From: Stegostoma tigrinum
Taxonomy: Eukaryota
Length of the DNA: 64,000 nucleotides
Direction: 5' to 3'
Assembly (NCBI RefSeq): GCF_030684315.1
Contig: NC_081400.1
Coordinates: 3,527,795 to 3,591,794 of the forward strand
Below, piece by piece: positions 1 through 12,730 of this stretch; positions within the stretch are counted from its first letter, which is position 1; every line of letters starts with the position of its first letter. A model generated the notes under the pieces. It ran no database searches. It saw only the letters and a list, made by a program, of their open reading frames with translations, and had not been told where the DNA came from. The position numbers and the translations under genes are program-made.

Positions 1-1652
1 CAACTTTGTAGTGAATGAAACCTTTGAAGAGCAGGTGTGCATGCTGGAATGGATAGAGATAGAGGAAGCTGATGTGCTGAAAATTTTGTCAAACATTAAG
101 ATTGACAAATCACCAGGCCCGGACCAGATTTGTCCTCGGCTGCTTTGGGAAGCGAGAAATGCAATTGCTTTGCCACTTGCGAAGATCTTTGCATCCTCGC
201 TCTCCACTGGAGTCGTACCTGAGGGCTGGAGAGAGGGAAATGTAACTCCTCTCTTCAAGAATGGAAATAGGGAACTCCCCGGCAATTACAGACCAGTAAG
301 TCTCACGTCTGTCGTCTGCAAGGTGTTAGAAAGGATTCTGAGGGATAGGATTTATGACCATCTGGAAGAGCATGGCTTGATCAAATGCAGTCAACACGGC
401 TTTGTGAGGGGCAGGTCATGCCTCACAAACTTTATCGAGTTCTTTGAGGATGTGACTAGAAAAGTTGATGAGAGTCGAGCTGCGGATGTGGTGTATGTGG
501 ACTTCAGTAAGGCATTTGATAAGGTTCCCCATGGTAGGCTCATTCAGAAGGTCAGGAGGAATGGCATACAGGGGAACATAGCTGTCTGGATACAGAATTG
601 GCTGGCCAACAGAAGACAGCGAGTGGTAGTAGAAGGAAAATATTCTGCCTGGAAGTCAGTGGTGAGTGGGGTTCCACAGGGCTCTGTCCTTGGGCCTCTA
701 CTGTTTGTAATTTTTATTAATGACTTGGATGAGGGGATTGAAGGATGGGTCAGCAAGTTTGCAGACGACACAAAGGTTGGAGGTGTCGTTGACAGTATAG
801 AGGGCTGTTGTAGGCTGCAGCGGCTCATTGACAGGATGCAGAGATGGGCTGAGAGGTGGCAGATGGAGTTCAACCTGGATAAATGCGAGGTGATGCATTT
901 TGGAAGGTCGAATTTGAAAGCTGAGTACAGGATTAAGGATAGGATTCCTGGCAGTGTGGAGGAACAGAGGGATCTTGGTGTGCAGATACATAGATCCCTT
1001 AAAATGGCCACCCAAGTGGACAGGGTTGTTAAGAAAACATATGGTGTTTTGGCTTTCATTAACAGGGGGTTTGAGTTTAAGAGTCGTGCGATCTTGTTGC
1101 AGCTCTATAAAACTTTGGTTAGACCGCACTTGGAATACTGCATCCAGTTCTGGTCGCCCTATTATAGGAAAGATGTGGATGCTTTGGAGAGGGTTCAGAG
1201 GAAGTTTACCAGGATGCTGCCTGGACTGGAGGGCTTATCTTATGAAAAGAGGTTGACTGAGCTCGGTCTCTTTTCATTGGAGAAAAGGAGGAGGAGAGGG
1301 GACCGAACTGAGGTATACAAGATAATGAGAGGCATAGATAGCGTTGATAGCCAGAGACTATTTCCCAGGGCAGAAATGGCTAGCACGAGGGGTCATAGTT
1401 TTAAGCTGGTTGGAGGAAAGTATAGAGGGGATGTCAGAGGCGGGTTCTTTACACAGAGAGTTGTGAGAGCATGGAATGCGTTGCCAGCAGCAGTTGTGGA
1501 AGCAAGTTCATTGGGGTCATTTAAGAGACTGCTGGACATGCATATGCTCACAGAAATTTGAGGGTGCATATATGAGGATCAATGGTCGGCACAACATTGT
1601 GGGCTGAAGGGCCTGTTCTGTGCTGTGCTGTTCTATGTTCTTTGTTCTATGT
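1..1652 (+). mobile_element. CR1 LINE 3' portion with 3' UTR and microsatellite tail
   Basis: RT ORF followed by gggctgaagggcctgttctg and tgttcta-like repeats ending near 1652. Confidence 0.9.
11..1561 (+). CDS. CR1-clade LINE ORF2, reverse transcriptase plus C-terminal region; frame is open from the window edge, so 5' part lies outside the window
   Basis: 516 aa uninterrupted with KSPGPD, NYRPVSLTS, QHGF, DFSKAFDKV, GVPQGSVLGP, FADD and the CR1-typical RPHLEYC...TRGH...FFTQRVV..WN.LP tail. Confidence 0.95.
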   Translation: MNETFEEQVCMLEWIEIEEADVLKILSNIKIDKSPGPDQICPRLLWEARNAIALPLAKIFASSLSTGVVPEGWREGNVTPLFKNGNRELPGNYRPVSLTSVVCKVLERILRDRIYDHLEEHGLIKCSQHGFVRGRSCLTNFIEFFEDVTRKVDESRAADVVYVDFSKAFDKVPHGRLIQKVRRNGIQGNIAVWIQNWLANRRQRVVVEGKYSAWKSVVSGVPQGSVLGPLLFVIFINDLDEGIEGWVSKFADDTKVGGVVDSIEGCCRLQRLIDRMQRWAERWQMEFNLDKCEVMHFGRSNLKAEYRIKDRIPGSVEEQRDLGVQIHRSLKMATQVDRVVKKTYGVLAFINRGFEFKSRAILLQLYKTLVRPHLEYCIQFWSPYYRKDVDALERVQRKFTRMLPGLEGLSYEKRLTELGLFSLEKRRRRGDRTEVYKIMRGIDSVDSQRLFPRAEMASTRGHSFKLVGGKYRGDVRGGFFTQRVVRAWNALPAAVVEASSLGSFKRLLDMHMLTEI

Positions 1653-4482
1653 ACTTGTGAGTAAAGCTACAGCTTTCTGTGCGATACTTTGGAGCTGACA
1701 ACTGATGGTGCCACGGGGTCCTGCTGCTGCTGCTAATCGCTCACCGATCAGAGAGGTTTCCATTCCTCCACCCACATGACCCTCCCCTTCCCCTCCATCT
1801 GGAGTGAGGACCACACCACCTGCAGCCGCTTCGCAACTAGGCCAAAAACAGCATCACTTCTGCTCTCGGCATCGAAAATGAGGCACTTGAAAAGCCATCC
1901 AGGTTCCCCGAGGCTGAGTTCGAGCGACTACACTGCATTGAACTCGGATGCAGAGGCAGTCTTGGAGCCAGCTCTTCGACCATGTTACTCGTCATTGAGG
2001 TGGCTTCTGAGAGATTGTTGCACAGCAGCTTTAAACCCAACGAAACTTAAAATGCAACAACCTTCCATCTGAGAAAGAGGAAACCATGCAGACCCTCAAC
2101 CTTGCAAGGCACCATTCAGTACAATCAGGGTTAATTGGACCACAACACCACTTTCCTCTCGCATATCCCTCGGCTCACTGAGTGTACTAAATTTCATGTA
2201 AGAGTTTTCCATAGACATAAAGAATGCCTTAGATTCAAGAGGCTCTGAGCTAAAGAATCCCTCTTCTTCTCAGTCCAAATTGGCTGTTCCCTTCTGCTGG
2301 ACCCTGTTCTAGGCTCTCCAGCTAGAGCCTTTGGGAAAATGGAGTGGTCGTGTTTGAGTGTTGCTGTGGTGGGGGGCGGGGAGCGCGGTCTTCCAGCATC
2401 TAACCTGTCAAACTCCTTCAAATTTTGCTACCTTTCAATAGGAACCACTCTCATTTTTCTAATTGAGAGAGGTTAAAGGCCCACTCTCCTAACAGGACAG
2501 CCCCTACCCCTTTGTATTCCCCAAAGTGTTCCCTCAGGGAATAGTCTATCATTCAACAGATAAAGAGACTACACACAATGCTGCTCTCACCAGCTCTCAC
2601 CAGCTCACTGTATAACTGCAGTAAAATCTTTTCTGCTTGGTATTTTGAATCCAGCTGCTCAGATATGTCATGACACATCCCTGGAGTAGGTCAGACTTGA
2701 ACCCAGATTTTCTAGTTCAAAGGTAAGGAAATTACTACTGCACTAGCAGGGACACCAAAAGTCCTTTCTGTTACAACTTTGCTCCATCAGAATAAATCTA
2801 TATGCAATACTTCCAAAAAATAGTTCGCCATTACCACTAACATTGCTCAGTAGCAGCAGTGTGTACCATCTACAAGATGCACTGTCGAAATTTACCAAAG
2901 ATCTTTAGAATCGTACAACTTTTGGTCACATCCACGTAGAAGGACCAGAGCTGCTGGTAAGGCCACACCATGAAATGTCCTCTCCATGCCACTACCCATC
3001 CTGAATTGGAAATATACCAACCATTGCTTCAGTGTTGCTCCATCAAAATTCTCTCCCGAATGTCATTGCGAGTGTCCCAACAAGCCTTCGGATTCCTATG
3101 GTTCAAGAAGACATCTCACCACTACCTTCTCAAGGAGTGACTAAGGACGGGTAAAGAATGCAATCATAACCAGGCACCTCACATGCCACAGGTGAATCAA
3201 CAAAATACTGTTTGCTTTCCAACTCTGCCTGCAGTAATGTTTGTCAACTTTCTTTCCGGTAACAACAATTCTTCTGATCATTCTTCAGACAAAATAAAAT
3301 ATCTCAGCCCCTTCAGAAATATCCTTTTTCTTTCCCAAATTCCTGTGACCAAGGTGAATAGTATCGCATCTTTCCTACATCAAAGTCCATGCACCGTTTC
3401 CTTACCCAATTTCTAATGCAACCGCTATCCCTTTCCAGACTTGCTACTCCACTTTAAAAACCTACTCTACCACAGAGATTATTAAATTCGTCTCGTCCTT
3501 CTACCGAAATCTCTTCACTGACAGGATGCACCATCACTGATTTAAAATCATTACAAGGCATAGGCCAGCGGTATATCTCCCATGCCAATTTTTCTGTCGC
3601 AAACTAGAGCTGTTAATTGGTTTTTGCATGGGATGTGATGAATATTTCGAAAATGATAGCAAGGGGTCAATCAACAATTAAAGTCGCAGAGTCATAAAGA
3701 TCTACAGCACAGAAAAAATGCATTTCGGCCTGCCAAGTCTACGCGGGTCAAAATGGATCCCGTAAATATTCTCATTCCGTTTTCAATTCCAAGTGCTTTA
3801 ATGTTATTTGAGGTTTCCTGCCTCCACACCTTTACAGGCAGATATTCCCATAAACCCACCAACCTCCGGGTGAAATCAATTTTCCTCACATGTGCTCGAA
3901 ACTTCCTGCCCCTTATCTTCAATCTCCGCCCTAGCTGGCATGGAAAAGTTGGACCGAAGAGCCTGTTTCCGTGCTAAAGGTCTCTCTGAGTCTGTGACCC
4001 TCTGACATTAGGGAAAAGCAGACATCGAAAGGAGCAGTGTCTGTTTTCGGTAAGGAGTTGGATGTAGTTCTCAGGGATACAGGGATCATGGTGTATGGTG
4101 GGGATTGGAGAAAGTGGTAACGGGGTGCGCAGTTTGATACATACACAGAAACAAAAAAGCTCACAGGTCTGGCAGCATCTGTGAAGAACAATTAGAATTA
4201 ATGTTTTGGGTCCAATGACCCTTCCTCAGAAATGGACTGAGTTTCATGATCAAACATGATCCTCTTGAATGGCAGACCAGGCTTGATGGGCTGAATAACC
4301 TACGTCAGACCCTACTTGCTATGCTCCAATGAACACAAAGCCCATTCGCACTTTAAACATACACAAACCTGAAAATTCAGACTGTGGATAATGATGTAGG
4401 AAGCCCATTAAACACTGGGTGATGTTCTTTCACACCCGCTGGCAAAGTCACTCAAAGTGTGTCTGTGTTTCTTTCATTGTAG

Positions 4483-4839
4483 GTACCTTGGCCGTTCCTG
4501 TCCTCAATCAAAGTCCAATGTCTGACCCAGTTTCTGCTAGTCAGACCACTTGGTTGAACTGTGCGCTGCAGAACGGTAACGTGGGCAGCTACTATGTGTT
4601 TTGGTACCGACAGAGTCCCGCGCAAGCCCCGGTGTGGGTGATCAGGCATGATGACAGTGGTTTTATAGCAAGAGGTACCGGCTTCACTGACCGTTTCCAA
4701 CCTTCTCGAGACTCCTCCAGTAACAGTTTCGTCCTAACCATCGGAAACCTGGTCTCCAGTGACTCTGCCGTTTACTGTACTGTGTGGGATAGCTCAGCTG
4801 GATGGGTCTTCGGAGGTGGAACCGCCCTAACTGTTCGGA
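4483..4839 (+). pseudogene. Ig light chain cluster 1: germline-joined VJ exon (type I/NS5/sigma-cart-like)
   Basis: AG acceptor 4481-4482. Open frame reads TLAVPVLNQSPMSDPVS..C..WYRQSP..GFTDRFQPSRDSS..DSAVYC TVWDSSAGWV FGGGTALTVR. Donor GTAAGT at 4840. No RSS between V and J; one Tyr of YYC is missing; no leader exon found upstream. Confidence 0.92.
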
Positions 4840-4959
4840 GTAAGTGATTTTGCTTTCTCTCGCTATAGTTCATATTGGTTCCTTCAGAGTTGATTCTGTT
4901 TTCTGAATTTTGCCAAATTATGAGTTAACACTTTCGCAACAAATGTAACTCACAAGCAC

Positions 4960-6304
4960 ACGTCAGTGTCATATAAATAATTTTCTCACTCACTCACTCA
5001 ATCACACTGTCACACGGGCCAGCGTATTGTTTATATTATGAATTGTCTCACAGATGTGTGCAGGTCGGTGTGTTTTATATGTATTAATTATCCTTGCTCT
5101 CTCACGAACACAGGTAGCTCAGGCTTTCTCGGGCACACTCACAAGGCAGATAGACTATTGATAATTTTCTCTCACACGTACAGATCAGTGTTACATGAAT
5201 AATTCTCTCACATATAAATACACACATCAGAGATGTTAGATGTTAGATGCCCTACAGCGTGGAAACAGGCCCTTCGGCCCAACAAGTCCACACCGCCCTT
5301 TTGAAGCATCCCATCCAGGCCCATGCCCCCATAACCCTGAACACTACAGGCAATTTAGCATGTCCAATCCACCTAGCCTGCACATCTTTGGACTGTGGGA
5401 GGAAACCGGAGCACCCGGAGGAAACCCACGCAGACACGGGGAGAATGTGCAAACTCCACACAGACAGTCGCCTGAGGTGGGAATCGAACCCGGGTCCTTG
5501 GCGCTGTGAGGCTGCAGTGCTAACCACTGAGCCACCGTGCCGCCCCTAATATAGATATAGATTATATCAATAATCGTCAATCATACACACTGACTAGTGT
5601 AACATTAATTATTCCCCCTCTAACAGACACGCGCAAGTTAGATTGCTATTTATATCAATTTTCCCTCTCTTCCTATCATTCTCTCTCACACACAGGTCAG
5701 TGTTACATTAATGATCTGACTCTCATACAAACAGTTGCACAGATCAGTGTATGTTATATATATTAATAATTTTCTCCCTCTTCCTCACTCCCCAACTCAT
5801 ATGCACACTGATCAATATGATTCTTACAATAATAATTCTCTCTCTCATGCAAACATACACAGATCAAGGCCCATCAATAATTCTCTCCGACACCCAGGTC
5901 AGTGTCACATTAATAATTTTCTCACACAATTACACACTTTAGAGATTATGTCGATAATTCTCATAAGCACGCACAGGTCAAGATTATGTCAATAATTCCC
6001 CCTCACAGACGCAGGTCAGTATAACATTCGTAATCTCTCTCTCTCAAATAAAGACATAGCTGTCAGTGTTATTTGTATTAATAATCCTATCTCCCTGTCT
6101 CTAACACACGCACATACCTAAACGTCAGTGTGTTATGCATATTAATAATTCTGACTCGCACAAATACACAAGTCGGACCCTTCCTCAGAGCCAATCCAAA
6201 TATTTCGCTCACACAAAGGTCAGTATTATCGGTATGAATAATTATCTCTCACATGCAGGTCAGATAATTATATTAATAACGCTTGACCTCCCCCACCCCC
6301 GTCA

Positions 6305-6351
<47 letters not shown>

Positions 6352-6480
6352 ACATAAACACTTGCACATACAGGTCAGCATGTTATACATATGGCCTCTG
6401 TCCCTCACACAAACGTAGTTCAGCGTCTTGTGTTAGCAATTCTCCTTTGAATACATGAGTCAGAATGTTTCACCTTATCT
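4960..6480. repeat. Degenerate ~35-50 bp tandem repeat filling the J-C intron of cluster 1
   Basis: Repeated unit approximately tctctcacacacaggtcagtgttacattaataat. Confidence 0.8.
5230..5546 (-). mobile_element. tRNA-derived shark SINE (HE1/V-SINE-like)
   Basis: Minus strand begins GGGCGGCACGGTGGCTCAGTGGTTAGC (A box)...GGGTTCGATTCCC (B box); CR1-like tail and AACATCT repeats. Confidence 0.9.
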
Positions 6481-6515
6481 ATATCATCTCTCTCTTTCTC
6501 TTTCCCCACACACAG

Positions 6516-6837
6516 GTAGTGATGATCGCATGCCATCTGTCCTCTGCTCCCACCTTCCCTGAAACAAATAGACACAGGAGCAGCCACTCTGTCCTGTCTG
6601 GTGAGTCGCTTTAAGCCGGGCCTTGTGCAGGTCCTCTGGGGTGTGGATGGGAAAGAGACAGACAGCGGGGTAACCACAAGCGCCGTGTCCCCTGACTGTG
6701 ATCAAAGCTACAGCCTGAGCAGTTACCTGACAGGCACGGCCACTGACTGGAAGAAAGGTTCCAGATATTCCTGTAGTTTGAGGCACGGATCACTAACCAA
6801 GCCTCTCCTCAACACCATCAGCTCCAGTGAATGTTAG
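6516..6837 (+). pseudogene. Ig light chain cluster 1 constant (CL) exon with a -1 frameshift near its start
   Basis: AG acceptor 6514-6515. Reads SDDRMPSV, then is 1 nt short relative to cluster 3, giving TGA at 6560-6562. Shifted frame continues ATLSCLVSRFKPG..W.VDGKETDSGVTT..DQSYSLSSYL..W..G..YSC..H..L..TISSSEC*. Confidence 0.92.
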
Positions 6838-7130
6838 GTCTGAGGCATACAATGTCATGGGTCAGTTACTGTGTGCTATGTAGTGTTATTATATTTGTTT
6901 TTAGTTTTCGATGTAGTTGCTGCAGTCGTGTCAGTATTTGGTGAGCCAGCTGAATATTGAAAAATGCCATAAGAGGTGAAATGATTGTCCCATTTTATGA
7001 TAGGGGATTTCCTGCTGCAGTTGTTCCCAGCATTTTGTGTAATCTCTCGCTCTGGGTCAAATTGGGAATCATATCCCCTTTCAGGCAATGACCGCGTTAC
7101 ATTTGTTAACTTTGTGTGAACACAGCTCCG

Positions 7131-7136
7131 AATAAA
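7131..7136 (+). terminator. Candidate polyadenylation signal of cluster 1
   Basis: AATAAA ~295 nt after the CL stop; same position in cluster 3 (31343-31348), mutated in cluster 2. Confidence 0.6.
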
Positions 7137-10100
7137 TATGAAATGGTACCACAAAATCACTTTTCATCATTATTGAACACTGAAAGGGACGTTGAAGGGC
7201 TTCGCAGTGGGCGGTTTGCACACATGACAAAATTACACAGAATTATATCAAACGATGGCGTGGGAATGCACATCAATAATATTCACCTCAAACATACACT
7301 GTGGCAGCGAGTGCTCCATTCCCCTGACCAAGTTTTTTCCTGGATTCCCGACTGACTTTATTGGGACTGGATGAAATTGACCAACTTTGGGTATTGTTTG
7401 CTGCAGTTACATAACATTCCACTCCATTGGTACATCAGAATATTTTTAAAAATAACCTCAATCCATAATATCTGTGAGATCACTATTTTCTAGAAAGAAG
7501 TGCCCAAGGCTGAGATAACAAGGTGTAGAGCTGGATGGACGCAGCACGCCAAGCAGCATCAGAGGAGCAGAAAAGCTGACATTTCGGGTCTCGACCCTTC
7601 TTCAGAAGTGTCCAAGGCTGGTCGCGCTCACCTGATTAGTTGAACCTCCTAGTTCTTTCTCTGATCTTGTCACTAACAGCCACTTTCTGAAAACTTCCGT
7701 AATTTCGATAAAACTGGGTTCCTTGGACTGTATTACCTTAGTGTCGTCTAAGAAGAATAGATAGCGGATGCCCTGTGTAAAACAGATGCTGAGTCAGGGA
7801 GCACAGGAAGAATAGACGTAGTCAATGGAAGGAATGCTTATATTCAATATATTTTTAATCTAAGTACCTAATATTTTTAGAAAGGCTCTCCTACTGAAAT
7901 GCAATGAGCTTCGTTCTGATGGTATCACACTTACACACAATCTTCATATACTATTACAAAAAAAAGCAAAGAATGAACTGAAGTATTGGAGTCAGTGTTG
8001 GAGTGAACTGAGTTTCATTCAATGTAAAGAAGCTGCAGAGAAGAAATGAAGCGATATCTCGACAGCAACGCCGTGAACTGACGGTGGCTGCAATTGGCAC
8101 TTTCTGCTTGGGAGCTGGGAAACAGTGGAGCTCGCTGCCCGTGATTCCAACGAACTCCAGCTGCGGCTGGGGGCGTATAAGGGAGGGAAGAGGATTGGTC
8201 AGAGCGTCTGAGCGGTTTCACATCTCCCTGCGGTCACTGACAGAGATATCAGTGTATGTCCAACATTGAAGCCACACGCACAAGATGGTTTGCATTCGGG
8301 ATATGGTGAGGTGGAGAGGGCTGGAAGGCTTCCATTCAGAACGTTCCGAGCACAGGTGCAAGCACTTCGGCCCGTTGTTCATGTTCTAGTCCTGTACAAG
8401 AGCCCCTCAAAGGGGCAGGAGAACAAGCTGATGGAGTGATCAATTGTTTGAAACATGAACGATTCAGAGAAGGTTTGTTGTTGTGAAGTTATTTGCCCTA
8501 TTGTGATGACCTTGGATTTGGGACAGACTTTCACAATGGTGAGGTTCCATTTAAAACTGAGATTATGAGGAATTTCTTCTGTGAGAGGCTTCCATTCCCT
8601 CTCCTCAGAGCAATGGGAGTGGCCACTGAACCATTGAACTGTTTACAAGAGGGGTTATTAGTGACGATGGAGACTCCAGTTGGTGCTGTGAGCAATTATG
8701 AGGGAAAGGCTGGATAGTAAATTGTCAGTCCTTTGTGATCTAATTGACTGGCAGGAGACACTCAATGGTCAAACGGACCCCTCCTATCTGCGCTGTGTGC
8801 CCCAAGAATTTATTTTTTTAGAATTAAAATCAGAGCGTGGCTCTTTCAGAATCTGAACGAAAATCTCCACCGTTTCACTGAAGAAGCCTGTCTTCCCCAC
8901 CTCGGGTTCCCATGACTGAGGTAAAACTCCTTTCAACTGTGCTATTTTTTGGAGACACTCCCTTATGTCAGTGCTCTGCTGTTGTTCTTGCTCAGCAGAG
9001 TGACACAACCTCAGCGAAATGTATTGGGGGAGTGGGATACAAAGCAGCAAGAAATCAGTCCTCACTGGATTTCAAGGATCTACTCAAAAGAGTTCTACTA
9101 CCCAGAAACCAAACGTCGCCGGGACATGCAGGTGACCATGCCCCAGTTATTTACAACCAGGGTGAGATTAGGACCAGAGAGCACCATGTCAGAATGAGGC
9201 ATTGTCTAGTTAAGATAGAGATGGGAAGGAATTTGTTTTCTCAGAGGGGATTGAATCTGTGGAATCCTTTACCACCAAGGGCTGTGGAACCCTGGCTATT
9301 CAGTATATACTAAGCTGAGATAGAAAGCTGTTTAATTAGGAAGGTAATCAAGGGTTATGGAAAAAGTTAGGAAAGTAGATTTGAGGACAATCCGATTAGC
9401 CATGTTCTCTTTACACGGATCCACAGACTCAATGGGTTGAAGGGCCTGGTTCTGCTCCTACGCATTGTGAGCTGACTCTCTCCTTATGTGGTTCAGAGCC
9501 TTAATACAACACTGTGTGGAGAGAGGGCATTAGTTTTAGCTGGTTTTTGTCTTTCATTCGTGCACTCGAGAGAGAATGGGATAGAAAGTTAAAGAGATAA
9601 AGAAGGAGCAGGAACACACAGCACGGAACAGAAGGGTGTGACGGCCTGCACCTCTGCTGCAAATTTTATGAACTATATGATGAGGGGGCCGCACATCTGC
9701 GATTAAAAAAAAGACAGAACTGTGCAGTGAATTTTCCAAACGCAGCAGCAAATACACCTCAGTTAAAACACGAAGAGACAAACGAGCCATCGATTGGAAT
9801 TGCCTTTCCCATCTCAAGTCAAACCACCATGTCCACGATGGTACAGGGAGGGCTGCTCCCACATATAGGTTCCTCTTCAGCCCCGTTGAATAGCGTGCCC
9901 CCAGTCGATGTAACAACATCCCAGTGAATCAGGCCGGACAGGAAGGAGGGTGATAACAGGTGACAGTTTAAGCCATAATAAAAATCACAAGGTGCTGCAA
10001 ATTAAAGTCACATTGGACTCGAAACATTGCTACTTCCTCTCTCTCTCTCTCTCCACCCCCCCACTCCACTCCCCTGCAGATGCTGCCAGACCTGCTGAGT

Positions 10101-10704
10101 TTTGCCAGAACGTTCTGTCTTTAGTTCAGATTTTCAGCACCCGAATATTTTTGTTTTGATTTGACAGATTAAACAGTGGATCTGAATTCTGAAGGGGTCC
10201 TCTCCTCAAATTCTGGATCAGTGGAAATTCTCTGGTGTTGCAGGGAGTTACAGAGTCTCCCTCCCGACACAGTTAATCTTTTTCCAGTCCGTGTTTAGCA
10301 GGTTGTACAATACTAATCATTTACAAACTCTATCTGCAGAGCAAATTGATCGTTACTATTATTACTCTACATCACACTACTCCTGGCACTCAACGTCTGA
10401 AACCACTCTGTCGAAGAACAAGGGTAACAGGGATGTGTGAGAGTACCACCACCTGTAAGTTCCTCCACATCATCTTTTTGTTAGAATATATCGACTGTTC
10501 CTTCAGAGTCATTGAGTCAAAATGCTGGAATCCTACTCTGACAGCACTGTGGGTGCTCCTACATGGGAATTGCAGCCGTCCAAGAAGGCAGCTTACCTCC
10601 ATCTTCTCAAGGGGCAACTAGGGACGGGCAATAAATGCTGGGCCCCGTCAACTATGCTCACACCTTATGAATGAATTGAAAACTCAAGTGGTTAATTTTA
10701 ACAG

Positions 10705-11195
10705 AGATAGTGGGAACTGCCGATGCTGGAGGATCTGAAATAACACGGTGTGAAGCTGGATGAACACAACGGGCCAAGCAGCATCACAGGAGCAGGAAAG
10801 TTTGACGTTTCGGGTCGGGACCCTTTTTAAGAAATGGGGGAGGGGAAGAGGATTCTGAAATAAATAGGGAGACAGGGGGAGGCGGACAGAAGGTGGATAA
10901 AGGAGAGGATAGAGTGAATGAGACAGACAGGTCAAAGAGGTGGGGTTCGAGCCAGTGAAGGTGGGGAGTTAGGGAGGGGAGAGATCGGCCCAGGGAAGAC
11001 GGACGGGTCAAGGAGGCCGGATGAGCTTAGTGGTTAGGAGATGGGAGTGGGGCTTCAGGTGGGAGGAGGGGATAGGGAGGCGGGGACTAGCTGGGCCGGT
11101 TTTGGGATGTGGTCGGGGGAGGAGAGATTTTGAAGCTTGTGAAGTCCACATTGATACCATTGGGCTGCAGGGTTCCCAAGTGAAATATGAGATTT
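10705..11195 (-). mobile_element. Penelope-like element 3' fragment
   Basis: Minus strand encodes ..LGTLQPNGINVDF, followed by a CT-rich UTR and a pLTR-type ...CCCGAAACGTC... segment. Confidence 0.7.
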
Positions 11196-11209
11196 CTTAT
11201 CCTCTCTAG

Positions 11210-11900
11210 AAGTCAGTCCCCCACGGAGATATTCAGAGATGGGCAGAATGGCCTCCATCTGGGCGATGCTTGACTCCTGATTTTTTTGTTTTGTTGCATG
11301 TGTTCTACCAGATATTGTGACCACAAGTGTGCAGAAAGTCAAGGGGCAGAGTGAGGTGATGAGAGGGAGGTGAGAATCACTGGCAAAAATACAACCCCTA
11401 AGGTGAACTCATTGCAATGCTCAACAGAATCCAAAAGGGATGGCCCAGAGCTCAGATCAGCTGATGGCCCCCCTCCCCCACGCACACAACCCTCCCATCA
11501 CAGAGGAACAAAGGGAGAATTACCCACTGTGGACAAATGATCAAGTAAGGCATCTCGCCAATGTTCCTAGCCCAACTGTTGGTTCTTAATGTTGACAAAG
11601 AGGTGCATGGAATCTCAAAGTCTACAGTTCCTCCAGAATCTGATATAAAGCCTGGCCTCTCCCAATCTCACTTCCCAGGGCCCAGCTTCATCATGTGAAT
11701 ATATTTGTCTGAACAACTTTTAAATGGAAGAATTGACAAATTGCAGGATTAATGTAGACTCAAAGTGGCTCTGAAAGTGAGTTATTGAAATGCACAGTGG
11801 GGCTTTCAGTTCAGCATTATCGTTCGGCAGTTTCTAAAAACCTGCAGTCTTTCAATTCAATATCGTCATTACATAAGGGAATAACGATAGAGGTATGGCT
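11210..11900 (+). pseudogene. Decayed second copy of the VJ-C1-TM receptor gene: promoter, dead leader (11537-11591) and intron remnants; V and C exons deleted
   Basis: Colinear similarity to 35260-35880, then a jump to 36745-36830. Leader reads MIK*GISPMFLAQLLVLN versus MAKEALILALLVLLLAVY, and the donor GT has become TT. Confidence 0.8.
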
Positions 11901-12730
11901 TAATATGTGTATATCTGTGTATATGTGTGTGTGCATAGATATATTATATGTGTATACATAATGCATTTGTACGTTTGCATGTTTAAAGGTAAGGCTGTAT
12001 GCCTGTATGTGTACAAATCTGTTTATATTCCTGTGTGATTGCATAACTTTACGTGTCTGTATACATAACTTGTGCAACTAGGTTACATAATGTGTGAATG
12101 CGTGCGCATGTGTGAGATTGTTTAACTCTTGTATATGTTTGTTTTTGTGTGTGTGCACGAATATGTCTCCATGTATACATCTGTGCATGAACTGCACAGG
12201 AGTGTATGAGCACTTGTCACTGTGTCNNNNNNNNNNNNNNNNNNNNNNNNNNNNNNNNNNNNNNNNNNNNNNNNNNNNNNNNNNNNNNNNNNNNNNNNNN
12301 NNNNNNNNNNNNNNNNNNNNNNNNNNNNNNNNNNNNNNNNNNNNNNNNNNNNNNNNNNNNNNNNNNNNNGTGTATATGAGCATGTGTCTCTGTGCGTATA
12401 TGAATGTCTGTCTGTTTGTGTGTATATATGCGTATGTCAGTTTGTGCATGCCTGCATGAAGCTGTGGGTTTTCACTTGTGTGTGAGTGAGTTTGTGCATA
12501 TTTGTGTCCAAGTGAGTGGTTATGTCTGTGTTATATATAATTGCGGATGTATATGCGTTTCTGATTATATGACTGTTATTTGTGCGCACATGTGCATGTT
12601 TCTGTATATATTTGTGCCTTCATGTGTGTGTGTTGTATGTGTGTACCAGTTTGTGTGTTTCAGCCTGCATATTTACATATATGCACATGCGAGCATGTAA
12701 GTGCGTGTGTGTATGTATAAGTGTGCGCTT
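11900..12730. repeat. Degenerate TG/TA-rich low-complexity tract containing an N gap
   Basis: tgtg/tatg-rich; positional counterpart of 36830-37250. Confidence 0.8.

Noticed and set aside
5470-5546. tRNA gene
   Set aside because: The A and B boxes belong to the head of a SINE and continue into the SINE body and tail.
11248-11311. Hydrophobic stretch that first looked like the IgL leader of cluster 2
   Set aside because: It has an in-frame stop and no donor, and it aligns to the non-coding promoter region of the receptor gene (35290-35360).
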